IMG/VR virus record: IMGVR_UViG_3300027892_000051
Span: 1-46,055 of that record
Source: a virus
Lineage: Duplodnaviria > Caudoviricetes
Length of the DNA stretch: 46,055 nt
Direction: 5' to 3' (one strand)
Part shown: positions 17,250 through 29,700 of the stretch, piece by piece
How the letters are laid out: each line of letters begins with the position of its first letter
How positions within the stretch are numbered: the stretch's first letter is position 1
The notes under the pieces: model-generated
What the model was told of the DNA's origin: nothing
The model's input: the letters and a program-made list of their open reading frames with translations, nothing else
The model's database searches: none
Translations under genes and position numbers: made by a program

Positions 17250-20200
17250 ATGGCAACAACCACAAGACAGACAGCAATATTTGGCGTAGAAGATTGGAAA
17301 CAAATCTACCAAACTTATCGCGAAGCCGACTTTCAAAGTTACGACTTTGAAACCCTTCGTAAAAGTTTCATTGACTATTTGCGTTTGTACTATCCTGAAA
17401 CATTCAATGACTACATTGAATCCAGTGAATTTATTGCCTTGCTGGATGTCATGGCTTTCATGGGCCAGGCACTGGCATTCCGTACTGACTTGAACACCAG
17501 AGAAAATTACATAGACACAGCCGAACGTAGAGATAGTGTAGTACGACTGGCCAATCTTGTAAGCTACACTGCCAAGCGTAATGCAGCAGCCGAAGGATTC
17601 CTCAAAGTATTCAACGTAACTACAACTGAAAATGTTGTGGATTACAACGGTGTAAATTTGAGCAATGTCACTATCAATTGGGCTGATCCCACCAATGTGG
17701 ACTGGCAAGAACAATTCACAGCCATTATCAACGCCAGTCTTGTTGACAGTCAAAAAGTAGGTCGTCCGGGCAATCGTCAAACCATCCTGGGGGTAGACAC
17801 TGCTGAATATGGTATCAATTTGGTGTCAGGATTTTTACCTGTCATTCCTTACACTGCCACAGTGGACGGCATCAACATGCCTTTTGAAGCCACGACTTCT
17901 ACGTCGGTTGGAAAAGATTATGTGTACGAACCTGCTCCTGCGCCCAACACAGTGTTTAACATGCTGTTTAGAAACGATCAACTGGGGTTTCAATCAGCCA
18001 ACACAGGTTACTTCTTCTTTTTCAAACAAGGCATTTTACAAAATCAAGATTTCAATTTAGCCGAACGCATTGCCAACCGCACAGTGGACATCAATGTTGA
18101 AGGTGTAAACAATGACGATCGCTGGTTGTTTCAATTGGACAACATTGGCAACATCAGCCGTGAATGGCAATTTGTTGAAAACGTGTACACTGCGGCTGAA
18201 CAACGCAACAATATTTTGCAACCAATTTATTCAGTGACTTCTAGAGCCAATGACCAAATCACCATGGTGTTTGGTGATGGCGTATTCTCAGAGATTCCTG
18301 TGGGCATTTTCCGTGCCTATGTACGTGCCAGCAACGGCCTGCAATACATTATCAACCCTGAAGAAATGCAAAACGTTGTGTTGCCCATCAGTTACACTGA
18401 CCGCAACGGCAACTTGCAAACAATTACATTCACTTGCGGTATCACACGTCCTGTATCAAACAGCCAGGCACGTGAACCCATTGGCGAAATCAAGCAACGT
18501 GCTCCTGCACGTTACTACACACAGAATCGTATGGTCAACGGCGAAGACTATAACCTGTTCCCTTACACACAATACAACAGTATTATCAAATCAAAAGCAT
18601 TGAATCGTGCCAGCATTGGTACCAGCCGTTACCTTGATCTTGTGGACAACACAGGCAAATATTCATCAACCAACACATTTTCAAGTGATGGCGGTATATG
18701 GAGACAAAATATTTTGCCTACTATTTTGTTTTCATACACAAACCGTAACGAGATTGCAGATATTATTACCAATCAAGTACAGCCAGCCATTGACGGTGAT
18801 ACTGTACGACAATTTTATTATTCAAATTTTCCACGCATCACATCTACTACTCAACCCACAGGCGTCACTTGGTTAAGTGGGTATACCTGGAATCAAAGTA
18901 CAACATTGGCCAATGAAACTACTGGTTATTTTAGAAATACCACTATCAGTGCGACCTGGCCAGACGGTACTCCTATTCCGGTAGGAGATACCACTACCAC
19001 AATGTTTCAGTATGTGATACCAGGCAGCTTGATCAAGTTTGTGCCGCCCACCGGCTATTACTTTGATCGCAACAACAGACTGGTGCAAGGCACCCCCATG
19101 CGAGCAGATGAACGCATGGAAATTTGGGCCAGTCCACAACTCATCATAGGAGATGGATACAATGGTGGCCTGGGCAATCTAAGCACAGGTGCCGGACCGG
19201 TCACAATCAACAACTTTGTGCCCACAGGTGCTATTGTAGACACAATTATTCCGTTGTTTGTGACAGATCTACCAAATGACGTTGAACAAGCCATGGCAGA
19301 ACAAATTTTGTTGTACCGTAACTTTGGTCTAGGATATGACAACAATGGTGACATAACCGGCACCCCTTATACCTGGTATATCATATACAGCACCAATCTT
19401 GATGCATATTCACAAAGCAACTCTGCGCCATGGAGTCAGCAGTATGCTGACAATACATCTGGGGCCAATCTTGATGCCAGTTGGTTGGTGCAATTTGTAG
19501 TGCAAAATCAAAACTACACTATCACATTCCGTGGACTAAGTTACAACTTTGGATCAGTACTACAAACAAGATTTTTCTTTTACGAAGATCAACTGGTATA
19601 CGACAGCCGCACAGGCACAATTATCAAAGACTTTATCAATGTGTTGGCTGTGAATACACAGCCTGATTCCACAGCACCTTTACCTGGTGATATCTACACC
19701 ACTATCATTGGGCAACCTGTAGAAAGTGACGGCTATGTAGACGACTTCCAGGTGTTGGTAAGTTATCGTGACTCAGACAATGATGGTGTGCCAGACAATC
19801 CGGACTTCTTTGATGAAATTGTAGGGCCTGCTACCACTTCAGGACCATTTGTGTTCTTGCAACAAACTGTGGACTTTGACAACTTGCAACGTTACTTGTT
19901 GGTTGAAGAAGGCATTGTGATATACGACTATGGTACATTGGACGAAATTGAACTGGCCAAAACTGAATGGACACCGGGGCAGGTGTTTTATGCCTATGAA
20001 GAAGATGCGTTTTATCAACTCAGCATCACCGTTACTGGTGTGCGTACTATCATTTCAGTAACTGGGTGGATTGCAAAAACTGGCCGACAAAGTTTGTATT
20101 TTCAATACCGTCACAACTCACCATTGACCAACAGAATTGACCCAGGCTCTACCAACATCATTGACTTGTATGTGGTCACATTGAGTTATTACACCGCATA

Positions 20201-20726
20201 TCAAAATTGGTTGAGAGATACCACTGGCACCGTTACAGAGCCAGCATTGCCCACCATTGATCAGTTGTCAACTGATTACCAAGCACTGCAAGATTACAAA
20301 ATGATTTCAGATAATATTGTGGTCAACTCGGTGATATTCAAGCCACTATTTGGTCCCAAAGCTGCACAAGAACTACGTGCCACTATCAAGGTCATACGTG
20401 CGCAGAACAGCACAGCCAGCACCAGCGAGATCAAGAGTTCAGTATTGGCAGAAATGAACACATATTTCAGCATTGACAAATGGAGTTTTGGCGATACTTT
20501 CTATTTCTCAGAGTTGGCGGCATACTTGCACAGACAACTAGGTACTATTATCAGTTCAGTGGTGCTGGTTCCGTTAGATCAACAAAAGAGTTTTGGTGAC
20601 CTGTATGAAATTCGCAGTCAGCCTAACGAAATTTTTGCCAATGGTGCAACCATTGACAACATTGATGTAATCGAAGCATTGACCAGTACCAACTTGCGTA
20701 CTGCACCAGGCAGCGGAGTAATTTAA
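17250..20726 (+). CDS. gp6: Baseplate wedge protein gp6-like (extended)
   Basis: DFETLRKSFIDYL, E.YIDTAERRDSVVRLA.LVSY, FGDGVFSEIP and IKQRAP.YYTQNRMVNGEDY. Confidence 0.9.
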   Translation: MATTTRQTAIFGVEDWKQIYQTYREADFQSYDFETLRKSFIDYLRLYYPETFNDYIESSEFIALLDVMAFMGQALAFRTDLNTRENYIDTAERRDSVVRLANLVSYTAKRNAAAEGFLKVFNVTTTENVVDYNGVNLSNVTINWADPTNVDWQEQFTAIINASLVDSQKVGRPGNRQTILGVDTAEYGINLVSGFLPVIPYTATVDGINMPFEATTSTSVGKDYVYEPAPAPNTVFNMLFRNDQLGFQSANTGYFFFFKQGILQNQDFNLAERIANRTVDINVEGVNNDDRWLFQLDNIGNISREWQFVENVYTAAEQRNNILQPIYSVTSRANDQITMVFGDGVFSEIPVGIFRAYVRASNGLQYIINPEEMQNVVLPISYTDRNGNLQTITFTCGITRPVSNSQAREPIGEIKQRAPARYYTQNRMVNGEDYNLFPYTQYNSIIKSKALNRASIGTSRYLDLVDNTGKYSSTNTFSSDGGIWRQNILPTILFSYTNRNEIADIITNQVQPAIDGDTVRQFYYSNFPRITSTTQPTGVTWLSGYTWNQSTTLANETTGYFRNTTISATWPDGTPIPVGDTTTTMFQYVIPGSLIKFVPPTGYYFDRNNRLVQGTPMRADERMEIWASPQLIIGDGYNGGLGNLSTGAGPVTINNFVPTGAIVDTIIPLFVTDLPNDVEQAMAEQILLYRNFGLGYDNNGDITGTPYTWYIIYSTNLDAYSQSNSAPWSQQYADNTSGANLDASWLVQFVVQNQNYTITFRGLSYNFGSVLQTRFFFYEDQLVYDSRTGTIIKDFINVLAVNTQPDSTAPLPGDIYTTIIGQPVESDGYVDDFQVLVSYRDSDNDGVPDNPDFFDEIVGPATTSGPFVFLQQTVDFDNLQRYLLVEEGIVIYDYGTLDEIELAKTEWTPGQVFYAYEEDAFYQLSITVTGVRTIISVTGWIAKTGRQSLYFQYRHNSPLTNRIDPGSTNIIDLYVVTLSYYTAYQNWLRDTTGTVTEPALPTIDQLSTDYQALQDYKMISDNIVVNSVIFKPLFGPKAAQELRATIKVIRAQNSTASTSEIKSSVLAEMNTYFSIDKWSFGDTFYFSELAAYLHRQLGTIISSVVLVPLDQQKSFGDLYEIRSQPNEIFANGATIDNIDVIEALTSTNLRTAPGSGVI

Positions 20727-23700
20727 TGGCACGAACTAGATCAGTTGATTTTTTACCAGAAATTTTTAGAACTCCGGTCAACAAACAATTTTTAGCGGCC
20801 ACACTTGACCAAATGGTTCAAGAGCCTAAATTTAAAAAGACACAAGGCTTTATTGGACGCACTGTGGGTCCTGGTGTGAATCCCAATGACAGTTATGTTG
20901 TTGAACCAGATCAAATTAGACAAGACTATCAACTTGAACCGGGTGTTATCAGCCTTGAACCAGATACTCAAAATGTCAAGAACGTGATAACTTATCCTGG
21001 CATGAATGATGCCATTGGATTCCAGGGTGGTGATCAGGCTCGTGCTGACCAACTATACAACAGTGAATATTATACCTGGGATCCATTTGTTGATTACGAT
21101 GCTTTTATCAATTTCAGTCAGTACTTCTGGTTGCCTAGTGGACCAGAAACAGTGGACGTACGATCGCTTGGCATTCCAACCAATGATAATTTTGTGGTCA
21201 CAAGAGAAAATGGGGTTTACACGTTCTCAGGACTATCTGGTAACAATCCCACAATTGATGTGGTACGAGGCGGTAGTTACACATTTCAAGTAGCGCAAAA
21301 CGCCAAAGAGACTGTGAACTATCGTGTCACAAACAACAGCACCACCGCATACTTGATTGACTTCCAATCCAATCCGACCCTGACGTTGGCACGTGGCAAT
21401 ACCTATGTGTTCAACATCACACTCAATGGTGTATATCCTTTCTGGATCAAAACTGCCCTGAGTCTGGGCACAGGTGATGCATACAATTCGGGCGTGTTGC
21501 GAAACGGCAGCAGTTTTGGTCTTGTGACATTTGTTGTGCCACAGGATGCCCCAAACACATTGTATTATGTCAGCGAGAATCAAACCAACCTGCGAGGCAC
21601 AATCAACATTGTTAACGGCACGCCTGGTACTGGACCTGGATTTTGGATTCAAACCGCCCCAGGAGTGGATGGTGTAGTACCTACCACTCCCAATCTCAGT
21701 AACCGCGGTGTTTATGGTGTGACCAACAACGGCGAAGACCTGGGCATAGTAACATTTGACGTGCCACAAAAAACTGCACAAGAATTTTACTATAATCTCA
21801 CAGACGTAGGCCCAGTTGATTTGTTGACGGAATTAAAATTCAATCAAATCAACAACCAACCACTAGAACAATTTATTACAACCTATGGCGGCATTGATGG
21901 TACCACATATCTCAATGGTCGTACACTGGTGTTTACAAACAGCATTGCAGATGCTGAAGATGGCGGCTGGATTGAAACCACATTCTATGATCCGCTGCCT
22001 AGACTGGATTCATTCAACGGCGCAGTGGGCAGTTATGATTCTATTAACTTTGATCAGTCTACCGAAGTGCCATTGGCAGATCGGTATCAAATATGGCAAA
22101 TCAGCACAGTAGACCGCGACGGTGTAGAATACATTAGTCTGTCAAAAATTGCTGATGTTGATATCAATGAAAAATTTACCATCAGTTATGGCAACACCTA
22201 CAGCAATACCAGTTGGTATAAAAATGCTGTTGGTTACTTTCAACGCATACCTTTGTTGACAGCGTTGTTCAACGAGTTGTATTATCAAGACGGAACTGAC
22301 CCAGAAATTTTTGGTAAAATTCGTCTGCTGGACCAAACAGAAACCAGTACAATTTTTGTTGATCAAATTATTGGACAAAAAACTTATACCAGCCCCAATG
22401 GTGTGGCATTGACCAATGGTCTCAAAGTGCGTTTCACTGGTGATGTACTGCCAGTAAGTTATGGTTCAGGTACTACCACATTTACTTGTACTGCCACCCA
22501 GGCCGGCAGCAATTATATCACATGCAGTTCAACCGACGGATTGTACGAAGGCGAAGAAATTGTGTTTTCAGGCACCACCGCAGGTGGTATTGTTGCTGGC
22601 CAAAGCTATTATATCAAATCATTAGCAGCCAACGGTATTCAATTTTCAATAGCCACAGTAGCCGACGGTGCAACATTTGAATTGAGCACTGCCACAGTGG
22701 TAGGATTTACTGCTGTGGCCATTGCCAACAATGAATTTTATGTAGCAGGAGTTGGCACAGCAATTGAGTTGCTGCCAGTGCGAAACTTTATCACCCCAGA
22801 AACTTATGTGGTTGATGCTAGAGATAGTACCATTGCCACAGAACCAGGAGAAGTAGACTATCTCACCGTTGATCGGGCCAGCAAAGATTTGAATGCATGG
22901 ACTCGTAGCAATCGTTGGTTTCACATAGAAGTCATCCAGGCCAGTGCTACCTACAACAACAACGTGGCTGACCTGGACAACAACTATCGAGCCAAACGCC
23001 CAATTATCAACTTCAGACCTGACATTAGATTGTACAACATGGGCACTGAAGGCAAACAGCCAGTGGATATCATTGACTTTTCAGAAACTGATGCACTCAG
23101 CAACATTGAAGGCAGCACAGGATATTCAGTGGATGGCTATACATTTGTTGATGGCAGCCGAGTAATTTTTGCTGCTGACTCAGACCCGGAAGTTCGTAAT
23201 AAAATTTATGTGGTTCAATTCATCACACCTGACAGTGTGGCACCGTTGATTACACAACCAATCATTAATCTTGTAGTGGCCAGCGACGGCGCAGTATTGC
23301 TGGATCAAAGCCTGGTATGCCTTGAAGGGACTACACAAAAAGGTGTGAGTTTTTGGTACGATGGTGTGCAATGGACGGAAGCACAACAGAAAACTGGAAT
23401 ACAACAAGCACCGTTGTTTAATGTGTATGATTTGACTGGCATCAGTTTTGGCGACAGAGTCAAATACCCATCCAGCACATTTACGGGCAGCAAGTTGTTC
23501 AGTTATGCTGTGGGCGATACTGGCATACTTGATCCAATTTTGCAATTCCCATTACAATATTTGAACATCAACAACGTAGGTGACATTGTATTCGAAAACA
23601 ATCTCTACAAAGACACATTCTTGTATGTTGAAGACAATGTGTCAATTGTATCTGACATCAGTTCAGGTGTGGCCAGAGAATATGTAGATAGAATTGCGTT

Positions 23701-26700
23701 TGGCAAACTAATTGGTTGGCAAACTGCTGCGGCAAGCAGTCAGCAATATCAACAATTTAAATTTACATACACTGGGCAAACATTAAAACTTGATGTTGCG
23801 GTTAGCACTAATTCAGTGCTACCCCCGATAAAAATTTATGTAAGTTCAGATTTCTTAATGCCCGACGAATACAGTTATCTAGTGGGCGCTGACAGCACAA
23901 CTATTACTTTGGTCAACACGTATTTGCCCACCAACATCATTGAAGTGTTAGTGTTGAGTGATCAGACCAGTTCAACTGCATTTTATCAGGTTCCAATCAA
24001 CTTACAAAATAATCCGTTGAATACCAACAGTCCTAGTTTTACACTGGGCACAATTCGCACACACTACGAAAGCATTTGCGAAAATTTGTTGACCTTGTTA
24101 GGCCCGGTTAACGGTGCAAACAACACCAGAGATTTGGGTAATATTGTGCCATACGGTGCCACCATACTGCAACAAAGTTCTCCGTTGACCTTGGCTGGAT
24201 ATTTCTTGCGCAGTGAAAAATACAACATATTTTCAAGCCTGCAATATAACAGCAATGAATATTTGAAATTCAAAGGTCAGATGTTGAACACTGCAATTCA
24301 ACAAGTGGTTCAATTTCAAACTGCCGGCGAAATACTTGATATTGCCATAGCAGATATCACACTGGGACGCATAGAAACACAACCATTCTACTGGAGCGAC
24401 ATGATACCTGCAGGTGCAGTGTATCAAACCACAACATACACTATATCAAATACTACCGGCGATACATTTGATATTGTTAATGTGTACAATTACACATCAG
24501 CCAACTACCTGGGTATGAATGTGTATTTGAATGATGTGATTCTTTCCAGAGATCTTGATTACGCAGTGGCCACAGATGGTCCTCGAATTGTAGTATCAGT
24601 AACATTGTCTTTGGGCGATGTGTTGACAATAAATGAATACTCTACTACCTATGGTAGTTTTGTTCCTAATACACCTACCAAACTAGGCTTGTATCCTGCA
24701 TTCCGTCCTGAGATTATCACACAGAAGACCAGTTCAGGTTTGCAAACAGTGATTGTGGGACATGATGGCAGCATCACAAAGACATTTGGTGACATTAGAG
24801 ATGATGTGCTGTTGGAATTTGAAACAAGAATATTCAACAACTTGAAACTGGACGGAAATCCTGTACCAATCAGCATTGCAGAAGTGCTACCTGGACAATT
24901 TAGAACCACCGGCTACAGCATTGCTGATGTCAACAACATCCTGGCCACAGACTTTTTGAGTTATGTGGCCTGGAACAAGCTGGATTACAAAACACAAGAT
25001 TATTCAGCTGCCAACGAATTTTCATGGAACTATAGTGGAAGCACCAGTCGATTAGATAATGACGCACTGCCAGGAGCATGGCGCGGAATCTATCGATACT
25101 ACTATGACACTCAACAACCTGCAGAAACACCTTGGGAAATGTTGGGATTCTCAATTCGTCCAACCTGGTGGAATCTGGTGTACGGGGATGGCCCATACAC
25201 TCAAGACAACTTGGTGTTGTGGGACGATTTGGCAGCAGGTTATGTTGCAGATCCTGCTGCTCCGTATTACCGTCCAGAATATGCTAGACCAGCAAGTATT
25301 GACCCAAACACTGGTGAACCATCATTGTTGCCAGTAATACCTACCAGCTCAGAAGGCGAATTGTTGAGTCCGTTTGATTCAGTGGTGGGTACCTACAATG
25401 ATACCACATTCCGCAAGAGTTGGGCAGTAGGCGACGGCGGACCTGTAGAAGCATCATGGTGGAACTCCAGTGCATACCCATTTGCTGTCATGCGACTGTT
25501 GGCATTGACTCGACCCGCCAAGTTCTTTGCCTTGTTTGCTGATCGTGACTTGTACAAATTTGACGCAGACCTTGATCAGTATCTTTACAACAATCGTTAT
25601 AGATTGAATGCCAATGATTTGGAAATATACGGCAACGGTGTTAGCAAGGCCAGTTATATTGACTGGATTGTGGACTTTAATCGTCAAAGCGGAGTAGACA
25701 GCACCGCTGACCTCACTGCCGATCTTGGTGCATTGGATGTGAGATTGTGCTACAGAATGGCCAGTTTCTCAGACAAACAGTATATCAAAATTTACACTGA
25801 AAAGTCCAGCCCTAACTCTACCAACACCACTTTCTTGATTCCTGACGAAAGTTATGACCTGGTATTGTACAAGAACCAACCGTTTGATCGAGCCAGTTAT
25901 TCAGCTGTTGTGATACAAAAAGTTGCAGGTGGCTACGCAGTGTTTGGCTACAGTACATCACAACCGTACTTCAACATAATTCAAAGCATCTATGCTGGAC
26001 GTTTGCAAACTTATAGTGCAGGCGGTGCAACTGTGCAAGTCCCTACGTTTTATACAAACAACGTTACACAGATTCCATATGGATTTATTTTTGCCAGTGA
26101 AACCGCAGTGTCTGACTTTTTGTTGAGTTATGGAAAATACTTAGAACGACAAGGTCTGATATTTGACAATCGTACCAATGGGTATGAATTAAACTGGGGC
26201 CAAATGGTCAATGAGTTCCTGTACTGGAGTCAGCAGGGTTGGGACGAAAATGCCTTGATCAATTTGAATCCATTGGCATTCAGACTCAGTATTTCTCGTG
26301 AGCAGGCTGTGGTAGACAGCATTGCTGCACAAACGTCTGACAATATTTTGTTAGATCAGAATCGTAGAGAGTTGCCCACACGCAATCTCATTATCACACG
26401 ACTGGACAATACATTCACAGCAGAACCTGCTACAGATCAAACACTGAGCTACATTGATTTAAAATACACTTCATATGAACACATGATTGTGTTGAACAAT
26501 GCCAGCGTGTTTGGCGATTTGATTTATCAACCAGTGACCGGTGCCCGTCAAAGTCGACTAAATCTGATTGCTGTGACCACAACTGAATGGAATGGTTCAG
26601 TAGATGCGCAAGGTTTTATTCTCAACCAAGACAATATTCAAGAGTGGAACTCATATACAACATATACCAAAGGTGAAATTGTCAAGTACAAAGGAGCATA

Positions 26701-29700
26701 TTGGTCGGCGGCCAGCATTGTGCAACCCACAGCAGTGTTTAATGCTAACAACTGGTTAGCTAGCGACTACACGCAAATAGAATTGGGGTTGTTGCCTAAC
26801 CTGGCCAACAAGGCGGACCAGTTACAAAACAGTTACAATATTAATACTGCCAATCTTGAAACAGACAACGACTTGTTGAGTTATGGTTTGATTGGATTCC
26901 GTCCACGTCAATACATGACATCATTGAATCTTGATGATGTCAGTCAATTGAATGTATACCGACAGTTCCTAGGCAGCAAAGGTACCATACTCAGTGCTGA
27001 ATTGTTTGCTCAGGCCAACCTGGGTAAAGAATCTGCAGATTACAGCATTTACGAAAATTGGGCAGTACAACGTGCAGTGTATGGCGCCAATGCCAATCGC
27101 AGTTTCTTCCAGTTGCGATTGAATCGTGCGTTGTTGGATTCCAATCCCAGTCTAATACAAATCGTTAATCCTCAGGAAACCAGTCAAGCAGATCAAATTG
27201 TTTTGGTGTCAGATATATGGCGGGAAAGTTACAATATCACTTCCCCAGACATACTGCCTACTACTACCACATTGCCCACAGACATTGCATTGCCCACAGC
27301 AGGTTATGTGAATCTTGACGATGTTGATATCACAGTATTTGATATCGATAACACCGACAGCTTGGCCGCAAACATCAACTCAATTGGTGTTGGTACAAAT
27401 GTATGGGTAGCAAAGATCAACGCTTATGACTGGGCCATTTACAGAACTCAATCAGTACCGGGCACTATCAATCACGTGTGTGACAACTTAGATGGAACCA
27501 GTTTGGTCATATTCTCTGGACAGCATGGACTAACAGTCAATGACAAATTGGTCATACGATTCTTTGACACTGAAGTGGATGGTGTGTACACTGTACTCAG
27601 TATAGTAAGCCTTGACACAATCACTGTTGCATTTAGTTTTACTGGTGATCGCACTGTGGGCAACGGCACAGGACTAGGTTTTACTTTACAAACTCAACGT
27701 GTGGCACAGGCCAGCGATGTATTGAATCTTCCTTATGCCAATACCATTGAACCAGGAGCCAAAGTTTGGGTAGATGACAATGGCCAGGGACTGTGGAGTG
27801 TGCTTGAAAAACAAGATGTGTTTGCTGAATTATTGGGATTGAGTCCTTCAGAAGTTGACCAAGGCGAACAATACGGCAGTGCAATAGCACAAGCACAAAA
27901 TAGATATGCTGCCTTGGTCGGCAGTCCAAGATATCGATTCCCAGTAGGTGCAACTGAATGGGCCTTTGCCAATGAATATGTTGAATTTTCAATTGTGTAT
28001 GTGCCAGATCCACTACAAACAGAATTTTTCTATGCACCTGCTCCTGTACCACAAGGCATCAGCATCTATAACACTGCATACTGGACTCCGTATCCATTGA
28101 CCAACTTGCCACCACGTGGTGGAGTTTATGTGTACGTCAAGGGCGATAGTAATGTGTACGCACCAGTTAGTGCCCTGGCACCCAACGATGCTGTGCTAAG
28201 CCTGGATGTATTGGATGTTAGCGGTGGCGTATACAATGGTCAAACGGCTGCTCGTGGATACGGCACTAGTGTAGACTTTGGTAACCAAACCTGGGCTGTG
28301 GCTGGAGCACCAGGCAGTTTGGGATCAACCGGTGCCGTGGACAATGGGTATGCTGTGGTCATTTTTAGAGATCCACAACTGGCAGCACCAGGAAATATTC
28401 CTTACGGACAATGGCAATTGTTGACCAGCCCTGGGTCCACCACTGCGGCTGAAGAATTTGGATACAGTGTTGCAATCAGCCAGGATGAACGTTGGATATA
28501 CGTCGGTGCACCTGGCGTAAATGCTGTATATGCGTTTGGACGGGTTGATTGGCAGTTACAAAATCTCAAAGCAGTTGGAGACGGAGCAACTACTAATTAT
28601 TTCATTGGCAATGCAATCAAAATTGATGCCAATACTCAACTCACAGTCAGTGTGGACGGCGATGAACAAATTTTAGGCACAGATTATGTGGTGCTCAATT
28701 CATTGACCATGGTGGTGTTTACTACACCTCCTGCAGAAGGCAACGCCATTGAGATTATCAGAACCAGTCGTAAAATTCTTGATTATCAGGCCACTTACAA
28801 CTTAGGCCAGTCTGCAACCAGTGGATCAGGATTGGGAGCCAAGTTTACTGTTGTGTATCAACGCAACGAAATTGGCCAACCAGCAGCCAGCAAAGGTTTG
28901 GTATCAGTTACCACACCTGGCGCAAATTACACAGTGTCTGACACTATAACCTTAAGTGCTGCTAGTTTTGGCGGCTCTGTGACCAATGGCAATATCACTC
29001 TAACAGTGACCAGCATTGGTGCGGGCGGATCAGTAACTGGATTTTCTATTGCATACTCTCCGTCAGTGTTGGTAAGCACATTCTCATTGAATGAGTACTT
29101 GTTTAGTGCTGACAACATTTACAGTTTTACTTTGCTGGTAGATGGTGTAGTGCAACGTCCCAACATTGACTACACATTTAACAATGCCACATATGATGTG
29201 ACATTTGCAGCAGCATCTAACCCACCTGCTGGTGCAAGTATCATTGTACGTGCCGAAGGCTATTTTGAATACTCGGGCACAATCACATACACAGGTTCAC
29301 AAGCAGGTGATAGATTTGGGCATACAGTCAGCACCAGCACTGATGGTCGACAAGTGTTGATTGGTGCACCACACACCACAGAATCTAGTCTTACTGAAGC
29401 AGGCACAGTGTATGTGTTTGATCGCGACGTACAGCGATTCTTCTACGGCACTGACGGATCAACAGTATCTTTTACTACACTAGGATCAGTGGCAGCCCCA
29501 GTCAGTGTGTTGGTTAATGACACGTTTTTTGTTAATGAATTAAGTGCAGGGCCCGACGAAACTGACACATTCTCAGTAAATAGCAACATTGTTACCATAC
29601 TTGGCAATTTACAAGTGGGCGATATTATTGAAATTGAAACCAACAGTTTACAATTTGTACAGTCGGTCACACAAAACACAGTGGAAGAGTTTTCTAACTT

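Noticed and set aside
8846-20726. Bacterial T6SS, eCIS or tailocin interpretation
   Set aside because: The adjacent gp55/gp47/gp46 genes and T4-type late boxes indicate a phage genome, and no T6SS membrane or ATPase genes are present.
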